A stretch of DNA of 37,341 bases, taken from positions 1 to 37,341 of the forward strand of contig JBKJPO010000237.1 of the NCBI GenBank assembly GCA_046595095.1, given 5' to 3'. The DNA is from Chitinophagaceae bacterium (GTDB lineage Bacteria > Bacteroidota > Bacteroidia > Chitinophagales > Chitinophagaceae). The translations under genes and the position numbers were made by a program. Below the pieces are notes generated by a model. It ran no database searches. It saw nothing but the letters and a program-made list of their open reading frames with translations, and was not told the DNA's origin. Shown here in pieces: positions 27,717 through 37,190 of the stretch. Every line of letters begins with the position of its first letter. The stretch's first letter is position 1.

Positions 27717-28511
27717 ATGTCAAGTCTTTCTATAACGCTCATCCAGTCAAAACTACATTGGGAGGATAAAAAAGCCAATATAGAAATGTTCGAGTCAAAG
27801 ATCAATGCGATTCCAGGTAGTCCCGAGCTTGTTATTTTACCCGAAATGTTTAGTACAGGCTTCAGTATGCAACCGGAAATACTTGCAGAAAAAATGGATG
27901 GAGCTACAGTGAGCTGGATGAAAAGGATGGCTAAGTCACGGCGGATCATCTTAACCGGGAGTATTATCATCGAAGAAGAGGGCAAGTTTTACAACCGGCT
28001 CATCTGGATGCTACCAACCGGGGAATTTGCCTACTATGATAAGCGGCATCTTTTCGCATTTGCAAAGGAAGACGAACACTTTACCGCCGGATCAAAAAGA
28101 CTGATAACTTCAGCTAAGGGCTGGAAAATAAATGTCCAGGTTTGTTATGATCTGAGGTTTCCGGTTTGGTCCCGGCAACAAAAAAATGGTGAAAGCGACA
28201 ATGAATTTGACCTGCTTATTTATGTAGCCAACTGGCCCGAAAAGCGCAGCATGGTTTGGAAGACACTACTCCGTGCCAGGGCGATAGAGAATCAATGTTT
28301 TGTTGTGGGTGTGAACAGGGTTGGAAAAGATGGAAATGAAATCGTGTATTCAGGCGACTCTACTATTATCGATCCGGTTGGCGAAATAATTTATTCTAAA
28401 GAGTCGGAAGAAGACGTCTTCGCTTTCCAACTGCAAAAGTCTCATCTTGATGAAATAAGATCAAAATTTCCATTTTGGAAAGACCGGGATGGGTTTAGTA
28501 TAAGCAAGTAG
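27717..28511 (+). CDS. Nitrilase-family amidohydrolase (YafV-like omega-amidase)
   Basis: Glu-Lys-Cys triad motifs LPEMF, YDKRHLF and VCYDLRFP; RAIENQ and GVNRVG. Confidence 0.92.
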   Translation: MSSLSITLIQSKLHWEDKKANIEMFESKINAIPGSPELVILPEMFSTGFSMQPEILAEKMDGATVSWMKRMAKSRRIILTGSIIIEEEGKFYNRLIWMLPTGEFAYYDKRHLFAFAKEDEHFTAGSKRLITSAKGWKINVQVCYDLRFPVWSRQQKNGESDNEFDLLIYVANWPEKRSMVWKTLLRARAIENQCFVVGVNRVGKDGNEIVYSGDSTIIDPVGEIIYSKESEEDVFAFQLQKSHLDEIRSKFPFWKDRDGFSISK

Positions 28512-28587
28512 GCAGTGGGCAGAGGCAGTGGCAGTAGTACTACTGGCTGCCACTGCCTCTGCCCACTGCCACTGCCTACTGACTTAT
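28500..28587. repeat. Long inverted repeat built from GGCAGT-like units; probable bidirectional terminator or miniature element
   Basis: Perfect 24-bp arms at 28511-28534 and 28547-28570, an internal palindrome CAGTAGTACTACTG, and outer arms ATAAGnnAGTAGGCAGTGG. Confidence 0.9.
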
Positions 28588-30054
28588 CAACTCGCTTACT
28601 CTCTTCATTTTCCCATCAATGTTTTTCCTTATGTTATCGACTGTTGGAGGCACATAAATATCCGGTGGTATACCCAATCCTGTTTTGGATACGTGGTTAT
28701 AGTTTACGAGCCGGAATAAGGGCAACCTCACCCTCAATTTTGTATTTGGCAAAATAATATCTGGTATCATTACCCCGGAATTTCCATGCCAACCCCCACC
28801 GGTTTCTTCTCCAATTAGTTTCACATTTTCCTGGCCTTTTACTGTGTTGCAGAATAATGTGGATGCAGAAAAAGTGAGGCCACCGGTTAGCACGTATACA
28901 TTACCGTTAAAATGATTTGTGGTTTTTGGATTAACTAGATGGCGCTCCCAATAGCCGTAATGATAACGTCCATCTTTGTGTTTGCGGGTAAAAAATTTTA
29001 AACCAAGATTATTCCAGAAGCCAGTGGAGATATGCCTGGAATACGGACCAAGTTTGTTGTTTACAGCAACGGTTGTATCAGATACACGGAATTTTGAATT
29101 GCGGATATATTTCGACAACAACACGTAGTTGCTGATCTTGCCGCCACCATTACCGCGAAGATCAATCACCAGGTCTTTAATACCGGATTTTCTCATCTTA
29201 CGGAAAGACCTTCTGAAAAATGTCCGGAGGTGTCCATTGCTAAATGTATTCAGTACAAGAAGCGCAGTACTGCTATCTATTTTTAAAGAACGAAACTCTT
29301 CCATTCTTTGTTTTCTCGTCGGTTTTTTAGGTTTTACTGGTGGCTTGTCGGGCCTTATTTTTTTAGCGGTGTCGGGTGCCGGATTAAAGTAAGGAATCTT
29401 TACTATCTGTTCTTTGCCCCTGCTATCTAAATACTGGATGGAATATGTTTTTGTAATTCCAAAAATATTCCGGTGGAAATATGGGAAGCTACTGCTTAAA
29501 CGCTGATAATTTACATTGTATGCATAGCCATCCTGGACCATCGATGAAAACATCCGGTTTATCATTTCTTTATTTCTAAGTCCATTGATACCGGTCACAA
29601 CAGTTCCTTTTTTAAGCACGGAATCTTTTCGGTTAAGGTTGGCCGTTACTACTATGGTATCACCCCATATTTTAAGATATAATGGAATCGAAGGAAGTCT
29701 TTTATCCTTAATAAATTTATTCCAGTTATTGCTCATACTAAAACTCGTATGCCCGCACCTAATATAATGAGTTAAAGGTGCAAGCACTTTCCAGCCAAAT
29801 TGCAATTCGGTCATGGAATCTTTTATTGAGTTATACCCTTCATCAAAAAAAAGATTCATACTGTCTTTGCTTGTATACCAATAAATAGAAGGATGCTTTG
29901 TTTCAAGTATATTCCTGAGCAGGGAATAATCTTCTTTTAAGATTTCCGATGCATATTTTTTATAGGGATGATAGTTTCTGCTGACACCGCAGGACGACAG
30001 GATAGCAAACACGAATAGAAGATGAAAAGTATGGTGCCAGGAAAAATGCTTCAT
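28576..30054 (-). CDS. S41 family peptidase, lipoprotein
   Basis: Lipobox LSSC; VIDLRGNGGG, TFSAS, IGEETGG and GIPPDIYV motifs. ATG at 30054. Confidence 0.9.
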   Translation of the reverse strand: MKHFSWHHTFHLLFVFAILSSCGVSRNYHPYKKYASEILKEDYSLLRNILETKHPSIYWYTSKDSMNLFFDEGYNSIKDSMTELQFGWKVLAPLTHYIRCGHTSFSMSNNWNKFIKDKRLPSIPLYLKIWGDTIVVTANLNRKDSVLKKGTVVTGINGLRNKEMINRMFSSMVQDGYAYNVNYQRLSSSFPYFHRNIFGITKTYSIQYLDSRGKEQIVKIPYFNPAPDTAKKIRPDKPPVKPKKPTRKQRMEEFRSLKIDSSTALLVLNTFSNGHLRTFFRRSFRKMRKSGIKDLVIDLRGNGGGKISNYVLLSKYIRNSKFRVSDTTVAVNNKLGPYSRHISTGFWNNLGLKFFTRKHKDGRYHYGYWERHLVNPKTTNHFNGNVYVLTGGLTFSASTLFCNTVKGQENVKLIGEETGGGWHGNSGVMIPDIILPNTKLRVRLPLFRLVNYNHVSKTGLGIPPDIYVPPTVDNIRKNIDGKMKRVSELISQ

Positions 30055-30132
30055 GAAAATTGAACCCGATTGCAACGGTTTTGCTAAGCTTGAATAAGTA
30101 TGACAGAAGCGGTTGCAGGTTCGCTGCAAGCG

Positions 30133-31164
30133 TTAATTGTTAAATGAATTCCATCCCTGTGCAGTTAGCTTGTGCTTATTGCCTCCCTTCGTAATGATGT
30201 GGCTGCCTTCCGCAAGATCTGTCGTATAGCCAATTACGCTTATCTGTTCGTTTAATACGATTTTGTCATGGTATTCCTGGGCGAGGGTAAATATAAGTTC
30301 ATAATCTTCGCCACCACTAAGCGCTGCTGCTGTAGGATCGAGCTCCAGCTTATAAGCATATTGACGCGAGTCGGAATGAATGGGTAGTTTTTCTTCATAG
30401 AGAATACAGCCCAGGCTGCTTTGTTTGCAAATATGAAGCACTTCGCTGCTCAGTCCATCACTGATATCCATCATTGCTGTAGGCACTATTCCGCTTGTTG
30501 CAAAGAACTCAATAATATCTTTCCGGGCTTCGGGTTTAAGCATCCGCCCAATAATGTAATCCTGGTTTTCCAAATCCGGCTGTAGGCCTGGGTGTTCAAC
30601 AAAAATCTTTTTTTCTCTTTCCAGCAATGTAAGTCCAAGGAAAGCTCCGCCAAGATCGCCACTTACACAAACCAGGTCGCCTTTTTGAGCCGTACTGCGT
30701 TTCACATATTTATCCGGAGCTACTTCTCCAATAGCGGTTACACTTATAATAAATCCTTTCTGTGAGGTAGTGGTGTCGCCACCAACAAGGTCAACATGAT
30801 ATTTTTCGCAGGCGAAATAAACACCTTCATAAAATTCTTCCAATGCTTCCACACTAAACCTATTGCTGAAAGCAATATTCATAGTTACCTGTGTGGGTGT
30901 GGCATTCATCGCATAGATGTCGCTTAGATTTACTATGATACTTTTATAGCCCAGGTGTTTGAGCGGTGTGTACATCAGGTCAAAATGGATACCTTCTACA
31001 AGCATATCTGTACTAATCACGGTTTGTTTTCCAAAATGATCTATTACGGCACCATCATCGCCAATACTTAAAATAGTGGAAGCGTTAAGGATCTCATTAT
31101 CCTTAGTGAGGTGTTCGATCAGGCCAAATTCGCCTAGAGTAGATATTTCTGTTCTCTGTTCCAT
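30133..31164 (-). CDS. thiL: Thiamine-monophosphate kinase
   Basis: LGEFGLI, IGDDGA, TDMLVEGIHF, NLSDIYAM, GGDT, DISDGL and GGEDYEL motifs. Confidence 0.95.
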   Translation of the reverse strand: MEQRTEISTLGEFGLIEHLTKDNEILNASTILSIGDDGAVIDHFGKQTVISTDMLVEGIHFDLMYTPLKHLGYKSIIVNLSDIYAMNATPTQVTMNIAFSNRFSVEALEEFYEGVYFACEKYHVDLVGGDTTTSQKGFIISVTAIGEVAPDKYVKRSTAQKGDLVCVSGDLGGAFLGLTLLEREKKIFVEHPGLQPDLENQDYIIGRMLKPEARKDIIEFFATSGIVPTAMMDISDGLSSEVLHICKQSSLGCILYEEKLPIHSDSRQYAYKLELDPTAAALSGGEDYELIFTLAQEYHDKIVLNEQISVIGYTTDLAEGSHIITKGGNKHKLTAQGWNSFNN

Positions 31165-31249
31165 GTTCTGGGTTTCAATTTTCAAATTCCCTGATTTGGG
31201 TTAATCAAGACTGCGATGATTGTGGTCCCGGCTCGTTGAGTGAAGCAAC

Positions 31250-32029
31250 CTATACCATCCAGGCATTTGCTACCACTGTAACTAATTCATCGTGTATCAG
31301 GCCATTGGTTGCAATGATATGCGGCTGGTAGGGCGAGTACTCATCCCCGTTAAAGTCAGTGACTTTACCCCCGGCTTCTTTTACAATCAAATATCCTGCT
31401 GCACTATCCCAGGCCTGCAATTTGTGCTCATAAAAACCGTCGAACCGGCCAGCTGCAACCCAGCAAAGATCGATTGCAGCGCTGCCGAGCCTTCGAACCG
31501 GTACACCTCTTCTTATCAGGCGTTCGAAGACCTGAATAGGCCCGTTTGGGGCATCCAGGTAAGTGTAGGGGAAACCTGTGACAAGACAGCTTTTGATAAC
31601 TTCCGATTTCTCGCTTACAGAAATTTTTTGGTCATTTAACGTAGCTCCAAATCCTTTTTCAGCAAAGAAAAATTCATTCATGAAGGGATTATATACGGCA
31701 CCCAGTATCATGCTCCCATGGCACTCAAGTCCAATACTTACGCAACACAGGGGAATGCCATTTGCGAAATTTACAGTTCCGTCAATTGGGTCGATAATCC
31801 ATTTGTATTCACTGTCCATGCTTATTTCGCCGGCTTCTTCGCTTAGTATGAAATGTGAAGGAAAATCGTTTTTAATCACCTCGAATATAGCTTCTTCGGC
31901 CGCATGATCAGCTTCGGTCACCAGGTTATTGATACCCTCTTTATTTGTTATTTTAAATTGTCCATTGAAGAAATGCTGCATCTCTTTAGCACCCGCTTCT
32001 ACGGCTTTTATCAGCGTAGATTTCATCAT
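31250..32029 (-). CDS. suhB: Inositol monophosphatase family protein (SuhB-like)
   Basis: LVTEAD, WIIDPIDGTVNF, RRLGSAA and WDSAAG motifs; TATATTTG -7 element immediately upstream (32034-32041, minus strand). Confidence 0.9.
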   Translation of the reverse strand: MMKSTLIKAVEAGAKEMQHFFNGQFKITNKEGINNLVTEADHAAEEAIFEVIKNDFPSHFILSEEAGEISMDSEYKWIIDPIDGTVNFANGIPLCCVSIGLECHGSMILGAVYNPFMNEFFFAEKGFGATLNDQKISVSEKSEVIKSCLVTGFPYTYLDAPNGPIQVFERLIRRGVPVRRLGSAAIDLCWVAAGRFDGFYEHKLQAWDSAAGYLIVKEAGGKVTDFNGDEYSPYQPHIIATNGLIHDELVTVVANAWMV

Positions 32030-32081
32030 CGCGCAAATATAGCCATTGATTAATGGTTAATGTTTTTTGATGGAAAATATG

Positions 32082-33176
32082 TTATCCAATTGCCGGGGAT
32101 GGAGCGTAGTCAATATAACCTTTTTCACCGGGGGTGTAAAACGTCGACTGGTCAGCTTCCTGGGCTAGAGGGAGGTCGTGTGCAAGTCGTTGAACGAGGT
32201 CAGGATTATTGATAAATGCGCGGCCAAATGCAATGAAGTCGGCTTCATTATTTTGGAGAGCCTTATTCGCTGAATCAAGGTTATAGCCATTTCCAAAAAT
32301 AATTGCCTGGTGAAAATTTTCACGAATAACCTGCTTTAGTGTTCTTCCATTAAATTGCTTATCTAAAGAAGGATGATTAATTACATGGATGTAGGCGATC
32401 CCAAGGTTGTTTAATTTTTCCGCAAGCAATGCATGAGTATCAAAAACCTCAGCATATTCGGGCATATCATTGAAAGTACCAAAAGGAGAAATCCTTATAC
32501 CCGTTTTATCTTTGCCGACTGCATTTGCTACTTTTTCAATTATTTCAAGTACAAAACGAAGCCTGTTTTCGATATTTCCGCCATAGTTATCCGTACGGAT
32601 ATTGCTATGGGGAGAGAGGAATTGTTCAAGAAGGTATCCATTTGCTGCATGTAACTCAACACCATCGAAACCGGCTGCAATTGCATTCTTCGCACCAGTA
32701 ACAAATTCCCCGATGGTTGTTTGAATTCCCATTGTTGTAAGTGCAACAGGTATATTATGTTCCTGCATTCCCTGCTGATCGGTCCACATCATACCTGCGG
32801 CTTTAATTTCCGAAGGTGCAACTACAAGAGAGTCGGGAGGCATATTAATATTATTGGATATGCGGCCCGTGTGCATCATTTGCAAAAAAATATTGCTTCC
32901 TCCCGCATGTACTGCATTGGTAACCTTTCTCCAGCCTTCCACCTGTGCATGATTGAAAATACCCGGAATTCTTGCATAACCCAATCCATTTGGCGACGGC
33001 GAAGTTCCCTCGGTAATAATCAATCCTGCCTCAGCACGCTGGCTATAATATTTTGCCATTAGATCGTTTGGGATATTACCAATCGCCCTGCACCTGGTCA
33101 TAGGCGCCATAACGAGGCGGTTTTTGAAAGAAATTTTGCCAGAATTAAAACGGCTGAAAAGCTTCATGTTGTTCAT
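32082..33176 (-). CDS. Old Yellow Enzyme family alkene reductase (NemA-like)
   Basis: NRLVMAPMTR, YYSQRA, GLIITEG, GFDGVELHAANGYL, RTDNYGG and GRAFINNPDL motifs. Confidence 0.94.
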   Translation of the reverse strand: MNNMKLFSRFNSGKISFKNRLVMAPMTRCRAIGNIPNDLMAKYYSQRAEAGLIITEGTSPSPNGLGYARIPGIFNHAQVEGWRKVTNAVHAGGSNIFLQMMHTGRISNNINMPPDSLVVAPSEIKAAGMMWTDQQGMQEHNIPVALTTMGIQTTIGEFVTGAKNAIAAGFDGVELHAANGYLLEQFLSPHSNIRTDNYGGNIENRLRFVLEIIEKVANAVGKDKTGIRISPFGTFNDMPEYAEVFDTHALLAEKLNNLGIAYIHVINHPSLDKQFNGRTLKQVIRENFHQAIIFGNGYNLDSANKALQNNEADFIAFGRAFINNPDLVQRLAHDLPLAQEADQSTFYTPGEKGYIDYAPSPAIG

Positions 33177-33254
33177 GTTGATTGATTATTTTTTGAGATT
33201 AATGATTGAAATATTTATATATATACAAGTGTCAATGTTTTTAAGCAAAAAAAA

Positions 33255-33536
33255 TCAGGTTTTGAGCCCCTTCAAAAATCCGAGGTACTCATCAAGAAGT
33301 TCCTGGTTAAGCGTGTATTTATGATTACGGCCTTCTTTTTCGGGTTGTATCAGACCCGATTCTACAAGTATTTTCACATGATGAGAAATGGAAGGTTGTG
33401 CCAGGTCCAGCACCTGTTGGATATCGGAGCATTGACCGCAACCACCTTTGTCGGAGAGGTGCATTAGTATCTTGAGCCTGTTTTTATCGCCAATGGCTTT
33501 TGAAATCTTCTCAATATTTTTTAAAGTTTTTTGCAA
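33255..33536 (-). CDS. ArsR/SmtB family transcriptional regulator
   Basis: KAIGDKNRLKIL, CGQC, LAQPSISHHVKILVESGLI and KEGR; TTG start; TACATTTG -7 element at 33557-33564 (minus strand). Confidence 0.92.
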   Translation of the reverse strand: MQKTLKNIEKISKAIGDKNRLKILMHLSDKGGCGQCSDIQQVLDLAQPSISHHVKILVESGLIQPEKEGRNHKYTLNQELLDEYLGFLKGLKT

Positions 33537-33541
33537 TTGAA

Positions 33542-33565
33542 ATACATTGATAAATGCAAATGTAT
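33542..33565. promoter_or_regulatory. Putative ArsR autoregulatory operator
   Basis: ATACATT-N10-AATGTAT inverted repeat overlapping the -7 element. Confidence 0.55.
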
Positions 33566-33681
33566 AAATATTTATTTGGATTTATTGAGAAATATTTGCT
33601 CCCCTGTAATGGAGATTTCCGTCTTTGCAAACTCTTTTTTTGTAACCTTAGATATAAATTCGTATTTCGTGCCTTATTAAT

Positions 33682-35634
33682 TTGCCCTTGCGTCTTTCAA
33701 TAATTATAGTCAATTATAACGTTAAGTATTTTCTTGAGCAATGTCTTTGTTCTGTGCTCAATGCTACCAGGAATATTGGAGCTGAGATAATTGTCGTTGA
33801 TAATAATTCTACCGATGGAAGCAAGCAATTTTTTGCTGGCAAATTTCCCGGTGTCAGGTTTGTTTGGAACCAGGTGAATTCAGGATTTTCAAAGGCCAAC
33901 AATCTCGGGCAAGCTGCGGCCGCAGGTGAGTACTTGCTTTTCCTGAATCCTGATACGATAATTCCTGAAGATTGCATTGAAAAATGTTTAGATTTTTTCG
34001 GGACTCATCCCCAGGCAGGCGCATTGGGAGTACGTATGATTGATGGTGCCGGAAATTTTCTAAAAGAAAGCAAGCGTGCTTTTCCCTCACCTCTTACCTC
34101 TTTGTACAAACTTACCGAACTGGCCCGGCTATTTCCCCGGTCCAGGACATTTGCACAATATCATCTTGGGAATCTTGACGAGCATGCTAACCATGAAGTA
34201 GATGTATTGGCCGGGGCCTTTATGATGATACCTTCTGTTATATTAAAAAAAATAGGAGGATTTGATGAAGCTTTTTTTATGTATGGAGAAGATGTTGACC
34301 TTAGTTACCGAATCCAGAAAGCAGGGTATAAAAATTATTATTTTTCAGGGACAAGCATAATTCATTTTAAAGGTGAGAGTACCCGCAAAGGCAGTTTGAA
34401 TTATGTACGGCTTTTTTACAAAGCCATGAGCATTTTTGTACAAAAACATTATGGTGGAAGTAAGGCCGGAATTTTTAATGCGCTTATCCAGGTTGCGATA
34501 TTTATGCGTGCCACACTTTCAGCTACAGGCCGGTTCATCAAATGGTTGGGGATGCCGTTGATGGATGCCGGGATAATCCTGGGTAGTTTCTGGTTAGTGA
34601 AATGGCTATGGAGCTATTATGTAAAAAAAGAAGTCAACTATGCACCAAACATGCTACTCATTGCATTCCCGGTTTTTACACTGATCTTTCTTATAGCATC
34701 TTATTATTCGGGATTGTATGATAACAGTTACCGGCAATCGAGACTCAACCGTTCTACCGGTACTGCATTTATTATCCTGCTCATCGGCTATGCTTTACTT
34801 CCAGAATCGCTAAGATTTTCCAGGGGGATTCTGGTTTTCGGTTCCTTACTCGGGTACTTGCTGATGACTATTTTCAGATGGTGGCTGGTTAAGCAACAAG
34901 TGATAGAAAGCGGAAATGAAGATGATGAGCACCGGCAAACTGTAATTGTAGGCACTGATGAGGAATTTCGCCGTGTTGGCCTCCTCATGCATGATGCAGG
35001 AATGGAGGAACGGGTTCTTGGAAGAGTGGAAGTAAATGGAATACAGCAGCAGAAATCAATCGGGCATACCAGCCAACTGAAACCCCTCCTGAGCATGTAT
35101 CCAATTAAAGAAGTTGTGTTTTGTGAGGGCAGGCTTAAATTTAGCGAGATGATCCCGCTAATAGAAGAGGTGCCGAAGCACATCAGGATCAGGATACATG
35201 CAAGCTGCAGCGAAGGATTGGTAGGTAGTGACAATAAAGATGTCGCCGGAGGATATATCAGCAAAGGGAAAAACTTTCGTTTAACCAATCCCGTTAATAA
35301 GCGTACAAAGAACCTGGTTGCAGTGTTAATATCGATAGCTTTTATACTTACCTTCCCCGTGCATTTCATTTTGCAGAAGAATTCATTACGCTTTTTCAAA
35401 AATGTTTTTGCTGTTTTGTTTGCACAAAAAACATGGGTTGGCTATTCATCAAAAGCCGATACCCTGCCACAAATAAAAAACGGTGTTTTAACATCAACCG
35501 GCTTGCCTGCAAAACTAAACCTCTTGCCAGGGGAAAGTCTTAAAGCTTCAGATATATGGTATGCAAAGGAGTATAGTACCTGGCTTGATCTTAAGCTTGT
35601 ATGGCGAGGGTATAAATATCTTGGTATCGTATAA
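33682..35634 (+). CDS. GT2 glycosyltransferase fused to a membrane domain and a degenerate sugar-transferase-like C-terminus
   Basis: SIIIVNYN, VVDNNSTD, FLNPDT and GFDEAFFMYGEDVDL, then several TMs, a Rossmann-like TVIVG segment and a WVGY...DIWYAKEYSTWLDLK tail. Confidence 0.88.
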   Translation: MPLRLSIIIVNYNVKYFLEQCLCSVLNATRNIGAEIIVVDNNSTDGSKQFFAGKFPGVRFVWNQVNSGFSKANNLGQAAAAGEYLLFLNPDTIIPEDCIEKCLDFFGTHPQAGALGVRMIDGAGNFLKESKRAFPSPLTSLYKLTELARLFPRSRTFAQYHLGNLDEHANHEVDVLAGAFMMIPSVILKKIGGFDEAFFMYGEDVDLSYRIQKAGYKNYYFSGTSIIHFKGESTRKGSLNYVRLFYKAMSIFVQKHYGGSKAGIFNALIQVAIFMRATLSATGRFIKWLGMPLMDAGIILGSFWLVKWLWSYYVKKEVNYAPNMLLIAFPVFTLIFLIASYYSGLYDNSYRQSRLNRSTGTAFIILLIGYALLPESLRFSRGILVFGSLLGYLLMTIFRWWLVKQQVIESGNEDDEHRQTVIVGTDEEFRRVGLLMHDAGMEERVLGRVEVNGIQQQKSIGHTSQLKPLLSMYPIKEVVFCEGRLKFSEMIPLIEEVPKHIRIRIHASCSEGLVGSDNKDVAGGYISKGKNFRLTNPVNKRTKNLVAVLISIAFILTFPVHFILQKNSLRFFKNVFAVLFAQKTWVGYSSKADTLPQIKNGVLTSTGLPAKLNLLPGESLKASDIWYAKEYSTWLDLKLVWRGYKYLGIV

Positions 35635-35739
35635 GGCCGATATGCAGTTGACTTTCTCAAAATTAAATTTTATTTAAAATCGCTGCTATCAAACTTCTTT
35701 GCTCAACTACCTAATCCTATGAACAAAATGATAATAAAC

Positions 35740-35770
35740 AAAAAGCCACCAGGATCTCTCCTGATGGCTT
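35740..35770 (-). terminator. Intrinsic terminator of recA
   Basis: Minus strand AAGCCATCAGGA-GAGA-TCCTGGTGGCTTTTT. Confidence 0.8.
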
Positions 35771-35795
35771 AAGTCACTAACCCATATTAGTATTT

Positions 35796-36797
35796 TTATG
35801 AAACGCTTAATTCAGCGATCTTAGCCCGGATCTTTCCTTCAAGTTCACCCGAAAGTTCAGGATTATCTGTCAATAATTGTTTAACTGCATCCCTACCTTG
35901 CCCAAGTTTTGTGGTATCATAACTGAACCAGCTGCCGCTTTTTTGAATGATGCCCATTTCCACGCCCATGTCGATGATTTCACCCATTTTGGAAATACCT
36001 TCGCCATAGATGATATCAAATTCGGCCTGTCGGAAGGGTGGTGCAACTTTATTTTTTACAACTTTTACTTTTACGCGATTTCCTATAGCTTCGTCACCGT
36101 CCTTGATCTGTGCCATGCGGCGTATATCCAACCTAACAGAAGAGTAGAACTTTAAGGCATTACCCCCGGTGGTGGTTTCCGGGTTTCCAAACATCACCCC
36201 GATCTTCTCACGGAGCTGGTTAATAAATATACAGCAGCAGTTTGTTTTGCTGATCGTGGCAGTAAGCTTCCTCAAAGCCTGGCTCATTAACCTGGCCTGC
36301 AGCCCCATCTTGCTATCGCCCATCTCTCCCTCCAGCTCTCCTTTTGGTACCAACGCGGCTACTGAATCAATTACAACAACATCTATGGCACCAGACAGGA
36401 TCAGCCTGTCTGCGATTTCCAGACCTTGCTCACCATAATCCGGCTGAGAAATCAGGAGGTTATCTACGTCTACGCCTAACTTCTGTGCGTAGATGCTGTC
36501 AAAAGCATGCTCGGCATCTATTATGGCGCACATTCCCCCCTTTTTTTGAGATTCCGCAATTACATGAATGGCCAATGTTGTTTTACCGGAAGATTCGGGC
36601 CCATATATTTCAACGACCCTTCCCTTTGGCAGCCCACCGATGCCTAATGCTACATCCAGCCCAATGGAACCGGTAGAGATAACCTCGTGTGGTTCCATTG
36701 ATTTCTCATTCATCATCATTACACTTCCGCGCCCAAAATCTTTATCAATCTTGTCGATGGTTAATTTTAAGGCTTTGAGTTTCTCCACGTTGCTCAT
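35796..36797 (-). CDS. recA: Recombinase RecA
   Basis: [37 protein letters not shown] and GGNALKFY motifs. Confidence 0.99.
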   Translation of the reverse strand: MSNVEKLKALKLTIDKIDKDFGRGSVMMMNEKSMEPHEVISTGSIGLDVALGIGGLPKGRVVEIYGPESSGKTTLAIHVIAESQKKGGMCAIIDAEHAFDSIYAQKLGVDVDNLLISQPDYGEQGLEIADRLILSGAIDVVVIDSVAALVPKGELEGEMGDSKMGLQARLMSQALRKLTATISKTNCCCIFINQLREKIGVMFGNPETTTGGNALKFYSSVRLDIRRMAQIKDGDEAIGNRVKVKVVKNKVAPPFRQAEFDIIYGEGISKMGEIIDMGVEMGIIQKSGSWFSYDTTKLGQGRDAVKQLLTDNPELSGELEGKIRAKIAELSVS

Positions 36798-36863
36798 GTT
36801 GTTTCGTTTATTTTGTTATAAGATTATTGGTTGAATAAAGATAGATATTATTAATTATCAACA

Positions 36864-36899
36864 CTAATATATTTAGCAATTAATTGATAATATTTTTAG
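36864..36899. promoter_or_regulatory. Putative SOS-type operators upstream of recA
   Basis: CTAA-TATAT-TTAG (36864-36876, perfect) and ATAA-TATTT-TTAG (36887-36899, one mismatch). Confidence 0.65.
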
Positions 36900-37190
36900 C
36901 TTTTGTAAAAGTAAAAACAATTGTTGCCGCCTATTTACAATTTGGAATATGCTGTAAAAGTAAATACCCTATGATAAATCAGTAGGGTATTTTACTCATG
37001 AAAAACGGTTGTTTTTCATAGATTAGCAACGGCTCGCTCTTAAAAAGATTTTGCAGTTGTTTCTTAACGGTGTTCTAACAACAAAGTGACGCTACATTTT
37101 AGAACTGACCAATACCACAAACTGGTAATTATTTTTTCTTTAACAAGGTAGTTCAAGGGAAAAAGAGCATTTTTGTAAAAAAAAATCAAA

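Noticed and set aside
28515-28757. ORFs 28515-28757 and 28528-28719 with CHC/CxC motifs
   Set aside because: Translations of the GGCAGT palindrome and antisense to the S41 peptidase.
35776-35790. CTAA...TTAG downstream of recA as an SOS box
   Set aside because: The spacer is 6 nt rather than 5, and it lies at a gene 3' end.
36781-36796. parS-like CCACGT at the recA start
   Set aside because: TTCTCCACGTTGCTCA has too many mismatches and is not palindromic.
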